Positions 19,650 through 27,817 of a DNA stretch of 30,763 nucleotides are shown piece after piece; the first letter of the stretch is position 1; every line of letters starts with the position of its first letter. A model generated the notes under the pieces. It was not told the DNA's origin, did no database searches, and worked only from the letters and a program-made list of their open reading frames with translations. The stretch comes from an uncultured Candidatus Saccharibacteria bacterium (GTDB lineage: Bacteria > Patescibacteriota > Minisyncoccia > Phycocordibacterales > UBA9973), in NCBI GenBank assembly GCA_964565285.1, contig CAZMDL010000015.1:1-30763 (forward strand), in the 5' to 3' direction. Position numbers and translations under genes: made by a program.

Positions 19650-20513
19650 TTATAATGGTTTTATACTTTGAGTTCTGATTCTTTTTGTTATTTCTTTTAT
19701 GGTATCAATATCATCTGTTATTACTAAGTTATTTTTACCAATAAACATATAATATAAAACAGCTTGTCCTGTATTATCCTTTATAATACGAGCGTCGTTG
19801 TTGTCTATAAGTAAGTCTTCAAAGTTTTTAGAAAATAATACAGAGCGGTCTTGGTTTACATCTATTCCAAAGATAGAGAACATTTCATCAAATAATGTCT
19901 TTTCCCAAGTGAGCATTCCTGCAAATGCCTGGTCGTAATTTTTTGTTTCTATTATCAAAAATAAATGACTTTTAGTATCTCCTTGTTTTTTTGTGTATGT
20001 TCCAAGCATAAACTTTCCTAAAGAACGCACAAATGCACCACTCGCACTTGAGCCTATTTGTTTTAAGAAATTTTCTGCACTGTCATCTTTTAAGATAAGT
20101 GCTTTCATTGAATCAGGATTGTCTCCCTTTTTAACTTCTTCTTGTATTATTTTTGCTGTCTCTTCTTTTCCAATAACATCATTATTAAGTATTACTTGTT
20201 TGTCTGCATGAATGATAGTTGGAATTTCTTTTGTTACTACTTCGTGTACATTATTCTCATTACTTTTTTTATTTAAAAAAGTAATGAGAAAGTATGCTCC
20301 AATGATTAGCAAAATACCAATAAATATAAAAACAAAGTTTATCTTTTTTGCTTGCACAAAATTATTAACAGCTATTTCTTTCTGTTTTTTATTTTGCTCT
20401 GCTAATGCAATTTTAACCATTGATGCTTGTTCGTTGGCTATAGCTTCAGCCATATCTGATGCATAGGTGTGAATTGTTTTTATATTTGAATTATTTTTAT
20501 TTTGCTCATCCAT
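19650..20513 (-). CDS. Single-pass membrane hypothetical protein downstream of pnp
   Basis: 287-aa ORF 7 nt from the pnp stop, with one TM helix (FVFIFIGILLIIGAYFLITFL). Confidence 0.75.
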   Translation of the reverse strand: MDEQNKNNSNIKTIHTYASDMAEAIANEQASMVKIALAEQNKKQKEIAVNNFVQAKKINFVFIFIGILLIIGAYFLITFLNKKSNENNVHEVVTKEIPTIIHADKQVILNNDVIGKEETAKIIQEEVKKGDNPDSMKALILKDDSAENFLKQIGSSASGAFVRSLGKFMLGTYTKKQGDTKSHLFLIIETKNYDQAFAGMLTWEKTLFDEMFSIFGIDVNQDRSVLFSKNFEDLLIDNNDARIIKDNTGQAVLYYMFIGKNNLVITDDIDTIKEITKRIRTQSIKPL

Positions 20514-20520
20514 AACAAAA

Positions 20521-22644
20521 TTATTTTATTTCTACTGGTTTAAAGAAATCTTTGTTTGCTTCTTTAATAGAAAAACTTAATCTTCCTTTTTCATTTTTTA
20601 TTATCTTTACTGGAACACTGTCTCCTTCTTTAAGAATAGCAGAAACATTCTCTACACGGAATGGGGCAATTTCTGATACATGAACTAATCCTTCTGTATC
20701 TCTTCCGATTTTTACAAATGCTCCAAACTCTACAATTTTTACAACTGTCCCATTTGCAAGATCTCCTACTTTATACTCATGTGTCATTTCTTCGATTATT
20801 GTTTTTGCTTTTTCTGCTCCACCATTTTTGCCTGTAATAAATACTGTTCCATCTTCTTCGATTGTAATTTCTGTTCCTGTTTCTTCGCGGATTGCATTTA
20901 TGTTTTTGCCTCCTGGTCCGATTACCATACCGATTTGTTCTTTATTTATTTTTACAGTAAGAATCATTGGTGCATGTATTGAAATTTTTTCACGTGGTGC
21001 ACTAATTTCTTTTGTAATTGTTTCAAGTATTTTTATACGAGCAGTCTTTGCACGCACTAGTGCTGCTTTTAGAATTGGCACAGGAATTCCATCTACTTTT
21101 ATATCGAGTTGTATTGCAGTGATTCCATCATTTGTTCCTGCTACTTTAAAATCCATATCGCCATAATGATCTTCTGGACCTTGAATGTCGGTAATCAATT
21201 CATATTTTGAAGAATCATTTTCATCGATCATGGCACCAATTGAAATTCCTGCTACTGGTTTTTTAATTGGTACGCCACCATCCATAAGTGCGATTGTGGC
21301 TGCACAAATACTTGCTTGTGAAGTTGAACCATTTGAAGCAGTTGATTCTGATACAACACGAATTGTATACGGGAATTTTATTTTTTCTGGAATGACTGGA
21401 GTTAGTGCTTTTTCTGCAAGAAATCCATGACCCATTTCTCTGCGATTTATTCCACCTACGCGTCCTGTTTCACCAGCTGAATATGGTGGAAAATTATAGT
21501 GATGCATAAATCTTTTCTTTACAGAAAATTCTATCCCATCGATAGTGTGCATTGCATCTGGGCCAGCTAATGTAAGCACACTCATTACATGTGTTTCTCC
21601 GCGATAGAATATGCCTGAACCGTGTAACACTTCAGATATGCCCCCAGCTTTTGCATAAAGACCTCGAACTTCATCAAGTGCACGCATGTCTGCACGCATT
21701 TTTTGGTTAATCGCTTTCTCGTGTAACAGTTTGTCTATATATGTTTCTATATAATCTTCTGCTACAAATTTTTCTTCTTCTTTGTCTTTGTATTTTTCAT
21801 CGACTATAGTTTTCCATTTACGCCAAGTTTCCTCGATTGTTTTCTTGCTTTCATTTCCAAATAATGATTGGTCAAGCATTGGCTTTATTTCAGCGTCAAA
21901 CAATGCTGGAACCTCACTTGGTAATTCTGTTTTTGGGAAAAGTAGTTTTTCTTTTCCTAGTTCTGTGCGGAGCATTTTTTGAAAGTCTTCCCATTTTGCA
22001 ATTTCATTTACTGCCATATCAAAACAAGTCCCCATTTCTTCTTCAGAAAGTTCGTAAGCCATAGCTTCAATCATGTTTATATTTTTTTCTTTTCCGCATA
22101 CCATAAGGTCGAGTGCGTAAACAGATTCATCTTCTTGAGGAATATAATTATTGATTTCTATATTTGTTCCTGTATTTGTTTTACTTATATGTACTCCACC
22201 TACTGGTCCGTGCCATGGAATATCTGAAACATGAAGTGCGATACTTGCCGCATTTATGCCGAGTGTTTTTGGATCTGCTTTTCCAATTGCAATTACTGTA
22301 ATAATTACTTGTACTGCGTTTTTGATGTGGTGTTCAAAAAGTGGTCGGATTGTGCGGTCGATCACACGTGCTGCAAGGATTGCTTGGTCAGACGGTCTAC
22401 CTTCTCTGCGAGTGAATTGTGAGCCGAGGATTTTTCCACCAGCATAAAACTTTTCTAAGTATTCTACTGTTAGATTAAAAAAACCTGGATTTGATTTTCC
22501 ATCTTTACTAATTACTGCTGTCGCCATTACTACAGTTCCTTCACACTTTAGCATTACTGATCCATTTGCTTGATCTGCTAAATCAGAAAAAACAGCGGTG
22601 ATTTTTTTACCACCAATCTCTACTTCAAATTCTTTACTCTTCAT
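20521..22644 (-). CDS. pnp: Polyribonucleotide nucleotidyltransferase (PNPase)
   Basis: RREGRPS, FMHHYNFPPYSAGE, SNGSTSQAS, DMDFKVAGT, then KH and S1 (EGLVHVSEI) domains. Confidence 0.98.
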   Translation of the reverse strand: MKSKEFEVEIGGKKITAVFSDLADQANGSVMLKCEGTVVMATAVISKDGKSNPGFFNLTVEYLEKFYAGGKILGSQFTRREGRPSDQAILAARVIDRTIRPLFEHHIKNAVQVIITVIAIGKADPKTLGINAASIALHVSDIPWHGPVGGVHISKTNTGTNIEINNYIPQEDESVYALDLMVCGKEKNINMIEAMAYELSEEEMGTCFDMAVNEIAKWEDFQKMLRTELGKEKLLFPKTELPSEVPALFDAEIKPMLDQSLFGNESKKTIEETWRKWKTIVDEKYKDKEEEKFVAEDYIETYIDKLLHEKAINQKMRADMRALDEVRGLYAKAGGISEVLHGSGIFYRGETHVMSVLTLAGPDAMHTIDGIEFSVKKRFMHHYNFPPYSAGETGRVGGINRREMGHGFLAEKALTPVIPEKIKFPYTIRVVSESTASNGSTSQASICAATIALMDGGVPIKKPVAGISIGAMIDENDSSKYELITDIQGPEDHYGDMDFKVAGTNDGITAIQLDIKVDGIPVPILKAALVRAKTARIKILETITKEISAPREKISIHAPMILTVKINKEQIGMVIGPGGKNINAIREETGTEITIEEDGTVFITGKNGGAEKAKTIIEEMTHEYKVGDLANGTVVKIVEFGAFVKIGRDTEGLVHVSEIAPFRVENVSAILKEGDSVPVKIIKNEKGRLSFSIKEANKDFFKPVEIK

Positions 22645-22653
22645 AAATATTGA

Positions 22654-22724
22654 GCTATCACCCAGACTCTAGTTTTGAAACATTCCATTTTAGGAGCTTC
22701 AACGCTAATTGTCTGGAGAATAGC
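22654..22724 (-). promoter_or_regulatory. Long imperfect hairpin in the pnp 5' leader
   Basis: On the minus strand GCTATTCTCCAGAC pairs with GTCTGGGTGATAGC, TAG with CTA, TTGAAGC with GTTTCAA and TCC with GGA. It ends 9 nt before the ATG. An extended -10 TGCTATGAT lies at 22745-22753. Confidence 0.7.
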
Positions 22725-22812
22725 AATTACATAATAATACTTGCATCATAGCAAAATTGACTCTTTTTTAAAAGAGTAAAAAAGTTGGAAATATGATATA
22801 TTCTTTTTACTT

Positions 22813-23358
22813 ATGGCTACAATAATTTTTGATTTTGATGATACGCTTTTTGATACAGCACTTCTAAAAGAAGATATTTTTTTAGAAATTATTTCACACG
22901 GTGCCACAAAAGAGCAGGTACTTAATTCTTATAAAAAGTGCAATGAAAAATTTGGAAATTATACTTTAAAAGAACATATTAATATTTTAAATAATGAATA
23001 TGATTTAAAAATTTCTGAAGATATTTTTTCTTGGTTTGAGAGTTTAAATTTTACTTCGTATTTATTTAAAGAAACAATCTCTTCTTTAGAAAAATTATCA
23101 GAAAAACATAATCTTATTTTACTTACTAAGGGGGACATTACTTTTCAGAAAATTAAGTTAGAAGGAGTAAATATTTTAAAATATTTTAAAGAGTTATTTA
23201 TTGTAGATGGAAATAAAGAAGTTTTTTTGAAAGATAAATACTTTACTCCCCCTGTGTATTTTATAAATGATAAAGAGTCTGAAAACGAAAAAATTCAAGA
23301 ATTATTTCCTGAATTTATTTTTATCCTACCAGATATGAAAACAGGAATGCATTTATAG
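22813..23358 (+). CDS. HAD superfamily hydrolase
   Basis: Motif I IIFDFDDTLFD, motif II LLTKG, motif III Lys (QKIKL) and motif IV-like FINDK. Confidence 0.85.
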   Translation: MATIIFDFDDTLFDTALLKEDIFLEIISHGATKEQVLNSYKKCNEKFGNYTLKEHINILNNEYDLKISEDIFSWFESLNFTSYLFKETISSLEKLSEKHNLILLTKGDITFQKIKLEGVNILKYFKELFIVDGNKEVFLKDKYFTPPVYFINDKESENEKIQELFPEFIFILPDMKTGMHL

Positions 23359-23370
23359 CATTCCTGTTTT
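23338..23370. terminator. Bidirectional terminator between the HAD and PfkB genes
   Basis: 13-bp arms AAAACAGGAATGC / GCATTCCTGTTTT with a 7-nt loop, overlapping the HAD stop. Confidence 0.75.
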
Positions 23371-23376
23371 TAATTT

Positions 23377-24288
23377 TTACAAATCATTTTTGCTTGGACC
23401 ATTTGCGGCACCTTGCATTGTGACTTTTTTGCCGGAAACTTGTGTTGCAAATAATATGCATTCACGAATTTCTTCGATAGTTAATGAGCTAAAATCTTTA
23501 CCAAATTCCATAGTTTTTATAATGAAGGCTGCGTGGAACCAATCTCCTGCACCGATTGTATAAACTTCCTTACCTAAGTATTTCTTGCATGCTTCAAACA
23601 TTTCTGGAGTCTCTCCTTCTTTTGAAAACATCCCACCATCTTTTTCGCGAGTAACAATTATTACTTTTGGTCCATATTGGTGAAGTTCTGAGATCCCAGT
23701 TACTCTGCATGCGTCGTACTCTGCATCGTTCATTATCAATAGGTCGGTTTGTTTAAGGATTTCAATAAATGAATTCCTTTTTTCGATTAAAGCAATTCTT
23801 GGATTTAAAGATCTGTATCCTATGTGTTTATTAAACAAAGCTTTTACGAAAGGTAATTCTTCCTCCCTTACTCCTGTGGCAATACGATACATTCCTTCTT
23901 CTTCCCCTATTTGATTTATAGTTTCATTGATTTTTGATTCTTCAATGTTACCTTTTAGTCCAAAGACTTTATTTTTTGGTAATCCATCAATAGGAAATAG
24001 TGAGATATGTGAATGGTCTAAAATTTGAAATTCTCTGTGAGGAATTTCGTATTTTTCTAATGCCCAACGTAAAGTATGACTTTCAAAATCATTCTTTACT
24101 CCTGTAAAAGCAAGAACTTTGCTTTTACCACCAAGTACATTAATAGCACGAGCTACGTTTGCGGATGTTCCGCAAAGATCTACGCTTAAAGATTCGAGTG
24201 AACCTTTTTCTGCCCCTGTCATACGATTGTATATAGGAACTAATTCCGGATTCACTGAGAACCCAATAAGAGCTTCTTTCTCTAGCAT
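23377..24288 (-). CDS. PfkB/ribokinase family carbohydrate or nucleoside kinase
   Basis: GTSANVARAINVLG (N-terminal signature), LLIMNDAEY, VIIVTREKDGG and C-terminal YTIGAGDWFHAAF. The substrate cannot be assigned. Confidence 0.85.
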   Translation of the reverse strand: MLEKEALIGFSVNPELVPIYNRMTGAEKGSLESLSVDLCGTSANVARAINVLGGKSKVLAFTGVKNDFESHTLRWALEKYEIPHREFQILDHSHISLFPIDGLPKNKVFGLKGNIEESKINETINQIGEEEGMYRIATGVREEELPFVKALFNKHIGYRSLNPRIALIEKRNSFIEILKQTDLLIMNDAEYDACRVTGISELHQYGPKVIIVTREKDGGMFSKEGETPEMFEACKKYLGKEVYTIGAGDWFHAAFIIKTMEFGKDFSSLTIEEIRECILFATQVSGKKVTMQGAANGPSKNDL

Positions 24289-24348
24289 GGTTAATTTGTA
24301 TAATTTTATGATTTTTCTTGATTCTATACGTAATATAAATAAATATCA

Positions 24349-24386
24349 AATAAAAATACCCTAGAATATTCTAGGGTATTTTTATT
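24349..24386 (-). terminator. Intrinsic terminator after the NYN gene (38-bp perfect palindrome)
   Basis: AATAAAAATACCCTAGAAT|ATTCTAGGGTATTTTTATT. Confidence 0.78.
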
Positions 24387-24394
24387 ATTTATTT

Positions 24395-24895
24395 TTAGTA
24401 TATTAGAAATTTTCTTGGGTTTTTTGATAAATCAATGAAATCATCTGCTTTTTCTTTTAGTTTCATGGACGTTGATTTTCCAAATGAGGCAACTTCTACT
24501 TGGACAAGCTGGCTTTGTAAGTATTCTACGAGTGGTAAGAAATCGCCATCCCCTGCCACAAGAACTATTGCATCGAGTTTGGGTGCCATTTTCATAGCAT
24601 CTACTGCTATTCCTACATCCCAATCTCCTTTTTTTGCTCCACCACCAAATATTTGTAATTCTTTTGTTTTGGTTTCAATTCCGAGTTTTGTGAGTGCTTC
24701 AAAGAATTTTTCTTCTTCACCACCTTCACTTGTAATTACGTATGCTGTTGCTCGGACAAGTTTACGCCCAGCTACTACTTCTTTTAATACTGCTCCAAAG
24801 TTTACTTTTCTTTTGTATAAGTTTTTAGCACTATGATATAGGTTTGCTGTATCGATGAATACTCCTACTCTTTGCTCTTTATGTTTAATAATCAT
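24395..24895 (-). CDS. NYN domain (LabA/DUF88, PIN-like) nuclease family protein
   Basis: VFIDTANLY, KKGDWDVGIAVD and LVAGDGDFLPLV with the conserved acidic residues. Confidence 0.9.
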   Translation of the reverse strand: MIIKHKEQRVGVFIDTANLYHSAKNLYKRKVNFGAVLKEVVAGRKLVRATAYVITSEGGEEEKFFEALTKLGIETKTKELQIFGGGAKKGDWDVGIAVDAMKMAPKLDAIVLVAGDGDFLPLVEYLQSQLVQVEVASFGKSTSMKLKEKADDFIDLSKNPRKFLIY

Positions 24896-24912
24896 ATATA
24901 TAAGTATAACAA

Positions 24913-24948
24913 AACAAAATACTCCGAGCGAACTCGGAGTATTTTGTT
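24913..24948 (-). terminator. Intrinsic terminator after rpsO
   Basis: 16-bp arms AACAAAATACTCCGAG / CTCGGAGTATTTTGTT with a 4-nt loop (UUCG on the minus strand). Confidence 0.82.
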
Positions 24949-25207
24949 AAGCTTTTAATTTTTTAGCTACTGTTTCGTGACGAGATTTATCTGTTTTTTC
25001 TAGGTGTTTAAGATGCTTTCTGCGGTCTGCCACCATTTTGATAAGTCCACGACGAGAATGGTTATCTTTTTTGTGTTTTTTAAGGTGAGTTGCTAGTTCA
25101 TCTATCTTTTCTGTAATGATAGCGATCTGCACTTCAGGAGAACCAGTATCTTTATCATGAATTTGGTTCTTTTTTATGATATTTTGCTTTTTCTTCGTTG
25201 TTAACAT
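24947..25207 (-). CDS. rpsO: 30S ribosomal protein S15
   Basis: HDKDTGSPEVQIA and KDNHSRRGL. Start moved to MLTTKKK (25207), giving 86 aa. Confidence 0.97.
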   Translation of the reverse strand: MLTTKKKQNIIKKNQIHDKDTGSPEVQIAIITEKIDELATHLKKHKKDNHSRRGLIKMVADRRKHLKHLEKTDKSRHETVAKKLKA

Positions 25208-25281
25208 GATTGGCATATAGTAGCACATATGTTTAAAAAATGCAAGATCTACCTTATAGTGCTATAATTATTGTACGACAT

Positions 25282-26235
25282 ATGAGTACTACGCTTGATA
25301 AATACAAAAGAGAATTTCTTGAACACGTAGAAATTGAAAAAGGTAACAGCCTTTTGACTGTTCGGAATTATGAGCACTATCTCGACCGGTTTTTCAGTAC
25401 TACAAAAGTTTCTGAGCCATCTCAAATTACCGATGAAGTGATTCGAGAGTTCCGACTTCATATTAATCGTCTTCCTGGAGTAAAAGTTCGCGGTCAAAGT
25501 GCCGCCACACTTAAAAAAAATACTCAAAACTATCATTTGATTGCACTCCGCTCATTTTTGAAATATTTAATGAAACGCGGAGTTACTTCCCTTCCCCCTG
25601 ACCGGATTGATCTTGCAAAGATAAAAGAACGTCATCTCGATTTAATTTCAGCCGATGAATTACAGCGTTTGCTTGAAGCGCCGAAAATGCCAGCACTTAC
25701 TAAAGAGAGTCCTAATGATACGCTCAAAATACTTCGTGATAAAGCAATATTAGAATTATTTTTCTCTACAGGGCTTCGTCTTTCGGAATTGTGTTCATTA
25801 AACCGCGACCTTGATTTATCGAAAGATGAATTTTCTATTCGTGGAAAGGGTGAAAAGGTGCGGGTGGTATTTCTTTCAGAATCTGCAAAGGACGCAATTC
25901 GTGAGTATTTAAAAAATAGAAAAGATTTAGATGAACCGATGTTTGTGCAATATTCACGCAATAAAACTAAAAGTAATGAATCTGCTCGGCTTACTCCCCG
26001 CTCTATTGAACGCATTGTAAAATACTATGCGATAAAAGCTGGTATATCAAAAAAAGTAACACCTCACGTGATTCGTCACTCGTTTGCGACTGACCTCCTA
26101 TCAAATGGTGCTGATATCCGCTCTGTGCAAATGATGCTTGGTCATGCAAATATATCCACTACGCAAATATATACCCACGTGACTGATTCCCAACTTCGTG
26201 ATATTCACAAAAAATTTCATAGTAAAGGAAAATAA
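25282..26235 (+). CDS. Site-specific tyrosine recombinase, XerC/XerD-like
   Basis: Complete catalytic set: TGLRLSEL (R), GKGEK (K), HVIRH (HxxR), LGH and TQIY (Y), plus an N-terminal SAM-like domain. Start moved to MSTTLDK (25282), downstream of TGCTATAAT at 25260-25268. Confidence 0.92.
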   Translation: MSTTLDKYKREFLEHVEIEKGNSLLTVRNYEHYLDRFFSTTKVSEPSQITDEVIREFRLHINRLPGVKVRGQSAATLKKNTQNYHLIALRSFLKYLMKRGVTSLPPDRIDLAKIKERHLDLISADELQRLLEAPKMPALTKESPNDTLKILRDKAILELFFSTGLRLSELCSLNRDLDLSKDEFSIRGKGEKVRVVFLSESAKDAIREYLKNRKDLDEPMFVQYSRNKTKSNESARLTPRSIERIVKYYAIKAGISKKVTPHVIRHSFATDLLSNGADIRSVQMMLGHANISTTQIYTHVTDSQLRDIHKKFHSKGK

Positions 26236-26273
26236 AAAACCTTCCATATGACGCAGCGGTCGGAAGGTTTTTT
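26234..26273 (+). terminator. Intrinsic terminator after the recombinase
   Basis: AAAAAACCTTCC...GGAAGGTTTTTT stem followed by a U tract, directly after the stop codon. Confidence 0.7.
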
Positions 26274-26786
26274 TAAGATTTTCTGTGGAGGATATTTAAA
26301 AAATAACTTTATAACTTATTCTCAATGAATAAGGGAACATTAAAGTAAGAGGTAAACTTATCATAATTTTATATGCACAGTTATGTGCCATTAAATATAA
26401 GTAAACGTAACTAAAATATTTTACACGTTTTGTTTTTTAAATTCTACACAGTTTACGAAATTTCAAGCCTAGTAAGCTAGGTTGGGTGTCTGGGTAATTT
26501 CAGCATCCCTACTTTTCGCTTTTTTGGTGTGTGCAGCCGGCTTTTTTTTCTCCAAACGATACGAAGTTTTGTTGTCCGTTTGGTCCATTTGAAAATGTTG
26601 TTTTTTTCATTTTCTTAAAATGATTAAAATGTTAGACAATGAACTAAATTTTCTAGAAACTTCAACTCATGATCGAATCTGTCACATGAGGTTTTGTAGT
26701 CTAGGGCTACAGAAATCTTACAGATGATATTACTCTTTTGAAAATTTATAGTCAACAACTTTATCCACTTCTGATATACTCTTAAT

Positions 26787-27581
26787 ATGAAACTCATTTC
26801 TTGGAATACAAATGGATTGCGGGCGACGGTGAAACAAGGCAATTTTGATGGATTGTTTACAAAATACAAGATGGATATTCTCTGCCTGCAGGAGACAAAG
26901 TGTGAAGCTGAGCAACTTCCTAATGCAGTGCGAAACATAAAGAACTATCATTCATACTTTTCTCACTCTCTTGGGAGAAAGGGGTATAGTGGCGTGGCTG
27001 TGTATACAAAAGTTAAGCCGGACAAAGTGGAGTATGGATTAGGAATACAAGAACTCGATCAAGAAGGCCGTTTGATTATTCTTTATTTTGAAAAAGGTTT
27101 AGGAGTTGTGAAACAAAAGATTATTCTTTTGAATGGATACTATCCAAACGGTGGGCAAGGTCCGCATCGCCTCGAATACAAACTTAAGTTTTATGATGCA
27201 TTTCTAAAATTTATAGATAAAAAGAAAAAGGCCGGATACGAAATAATTTTTACTGGTGATGTAAATACTGCGCATGAAGCAGTGGATCTTGCTCGCCCAA
27301 AGGCAAATGAAGAGAATACTGGCTTCCTCCCTATCGAGCGTGCATGGATTACAAAAGTAATTGATCACGGATATATAGATACATTTCGTACTCTCCACCC
27401 AAACAAAAAGGAGATGTATACCTACTGGGATCAAAAGACTTCTTCTCGTGACCGTAACGTCGGCTGGCGTATTGATTACTTTTTTGTCTCTGCTCCCCTG
27501 CTCCCACTCGTAAAAAAGTCCGACATGCTTTCAGATTACCTCGGCTCCGACCATTGCCCTATCGTACTTGAGCTTAAATAG
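26787..27581 (+). CDS. xth: Exodeoxyribonuclease III (AP endonuclease, Xth/ExoA)
   Basis: ISWNTNG, LQETK, YYPNG, GDVNTAH, WRIDYF and SDHCP. Confidence 0.96.
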   Translation: MKLISWNTNGLRATVKQGNFDGLFTKYKMDILCLQETKCEAEQLPNAVRNIKNYHSYFSHSLGRKGYSGVAVYTKVKPDKVEYGLGIQELDQEGRLIILYFEKGLGVVKQKIILLNGYYPNGGQGPHRLEYKLKFYDAFLKFIDKKKKAGYEIIFTGDVNTAHEAVDLARPKANEENTGFLPIERAWITKVIDHGYIDTFRTLHPNKKEMYTYWDQKTSSRDRNVGWRIDYFFVSAPLLPLVKKSDMLSDYLGSDHCPIVLELK

Positions 27582-27637
27582 TTTTGATGTTTACTTGCTT
27601 TGTGTTAGTTTGAATAAAAACAAATAAATATATAGCT

Positions 27638-27787
27638 ATGATATTAGCAATAATTCTGGTTGTACCAGAAAACCCTCGCTTCATGGCTAATATTTCATTA
27701 TTCCTTCTTCTCGTTATCGTCACTGTTCTAATCATTAGATTTGCGACAAGAAACACAAAAAGAAAACATAATCGCCACGAAGATTAA
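27638..27787 (+). CDS. Small membrane protein, 49 aa, below the ORF-track cutoff
   Basis: MILAIILVVPENPRFMANISLFLLLVIVTVLIIRFATRNTKRKHNRHED*: a TM helix and a basic tail, co-directional with xth, ending at a hairpin. Confidence 0.5.
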   Translation: MILAIILVVPENPRFMANISLFLLLVIVTVLIIRFATRNTKRKHNRHED

Positions 27788-27817
27788 AAAACACGACCTC
27801 TCGGCCGTGTTTTTTTG
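27786..27817. terminator. Terminator between the small ORF and the DinB-like gene
   Basis: On the minus strand CACGGCC-GAGA-GGTCGTG (GNRA loop, one G-U pair) is flanked by A and T tracts. Confidence 0.72.

Noticed and set aside
17962-21001. Weak parS-like matches inside comM (TGTTTCATTTGAAGAA) and pnp (TTTTTCACGTGGTGCA)
   Set aside because: They are isolated, lack arm symmetry and are compatible with chance.
25282-26235. Recombinase as a prophage, ICE or integron integrase
   Set aside because: It is flanked by housekeeping genes (rpsO, xth), with no att repeats, cargo genes or cassette array seen.
26246-26268. GCAGC...CGGAAGG as an SRP RNA core
   Set aside because: The elements are in the wrong order and the sequence is explained as the terminator stem.
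26355-26385. Possible dif site downstream of the Xer recombinase (ACTTATCATAA-TTTTAT-ATGCACAG)
   Set aside because: The left arm resembles a XerC arm, but the TTATGTTAAA-type XerD arm is absent at 6-bp spacing.
26371-26769. One-mismatch DnaA-box-like 9-mers at 26371, 26419, 26442 and 26761
   Set aside because: None is perfect, and a few such matches are expected by chance in 0.5 kb of AT-rich DNA.
27574-27756. 60-aa minus-strand ORF from the track
   Set aside because: It overlaps the xth stop, starts just past a terminator, and is antisense to a more protein-like 49-aa plus-strand ORF.
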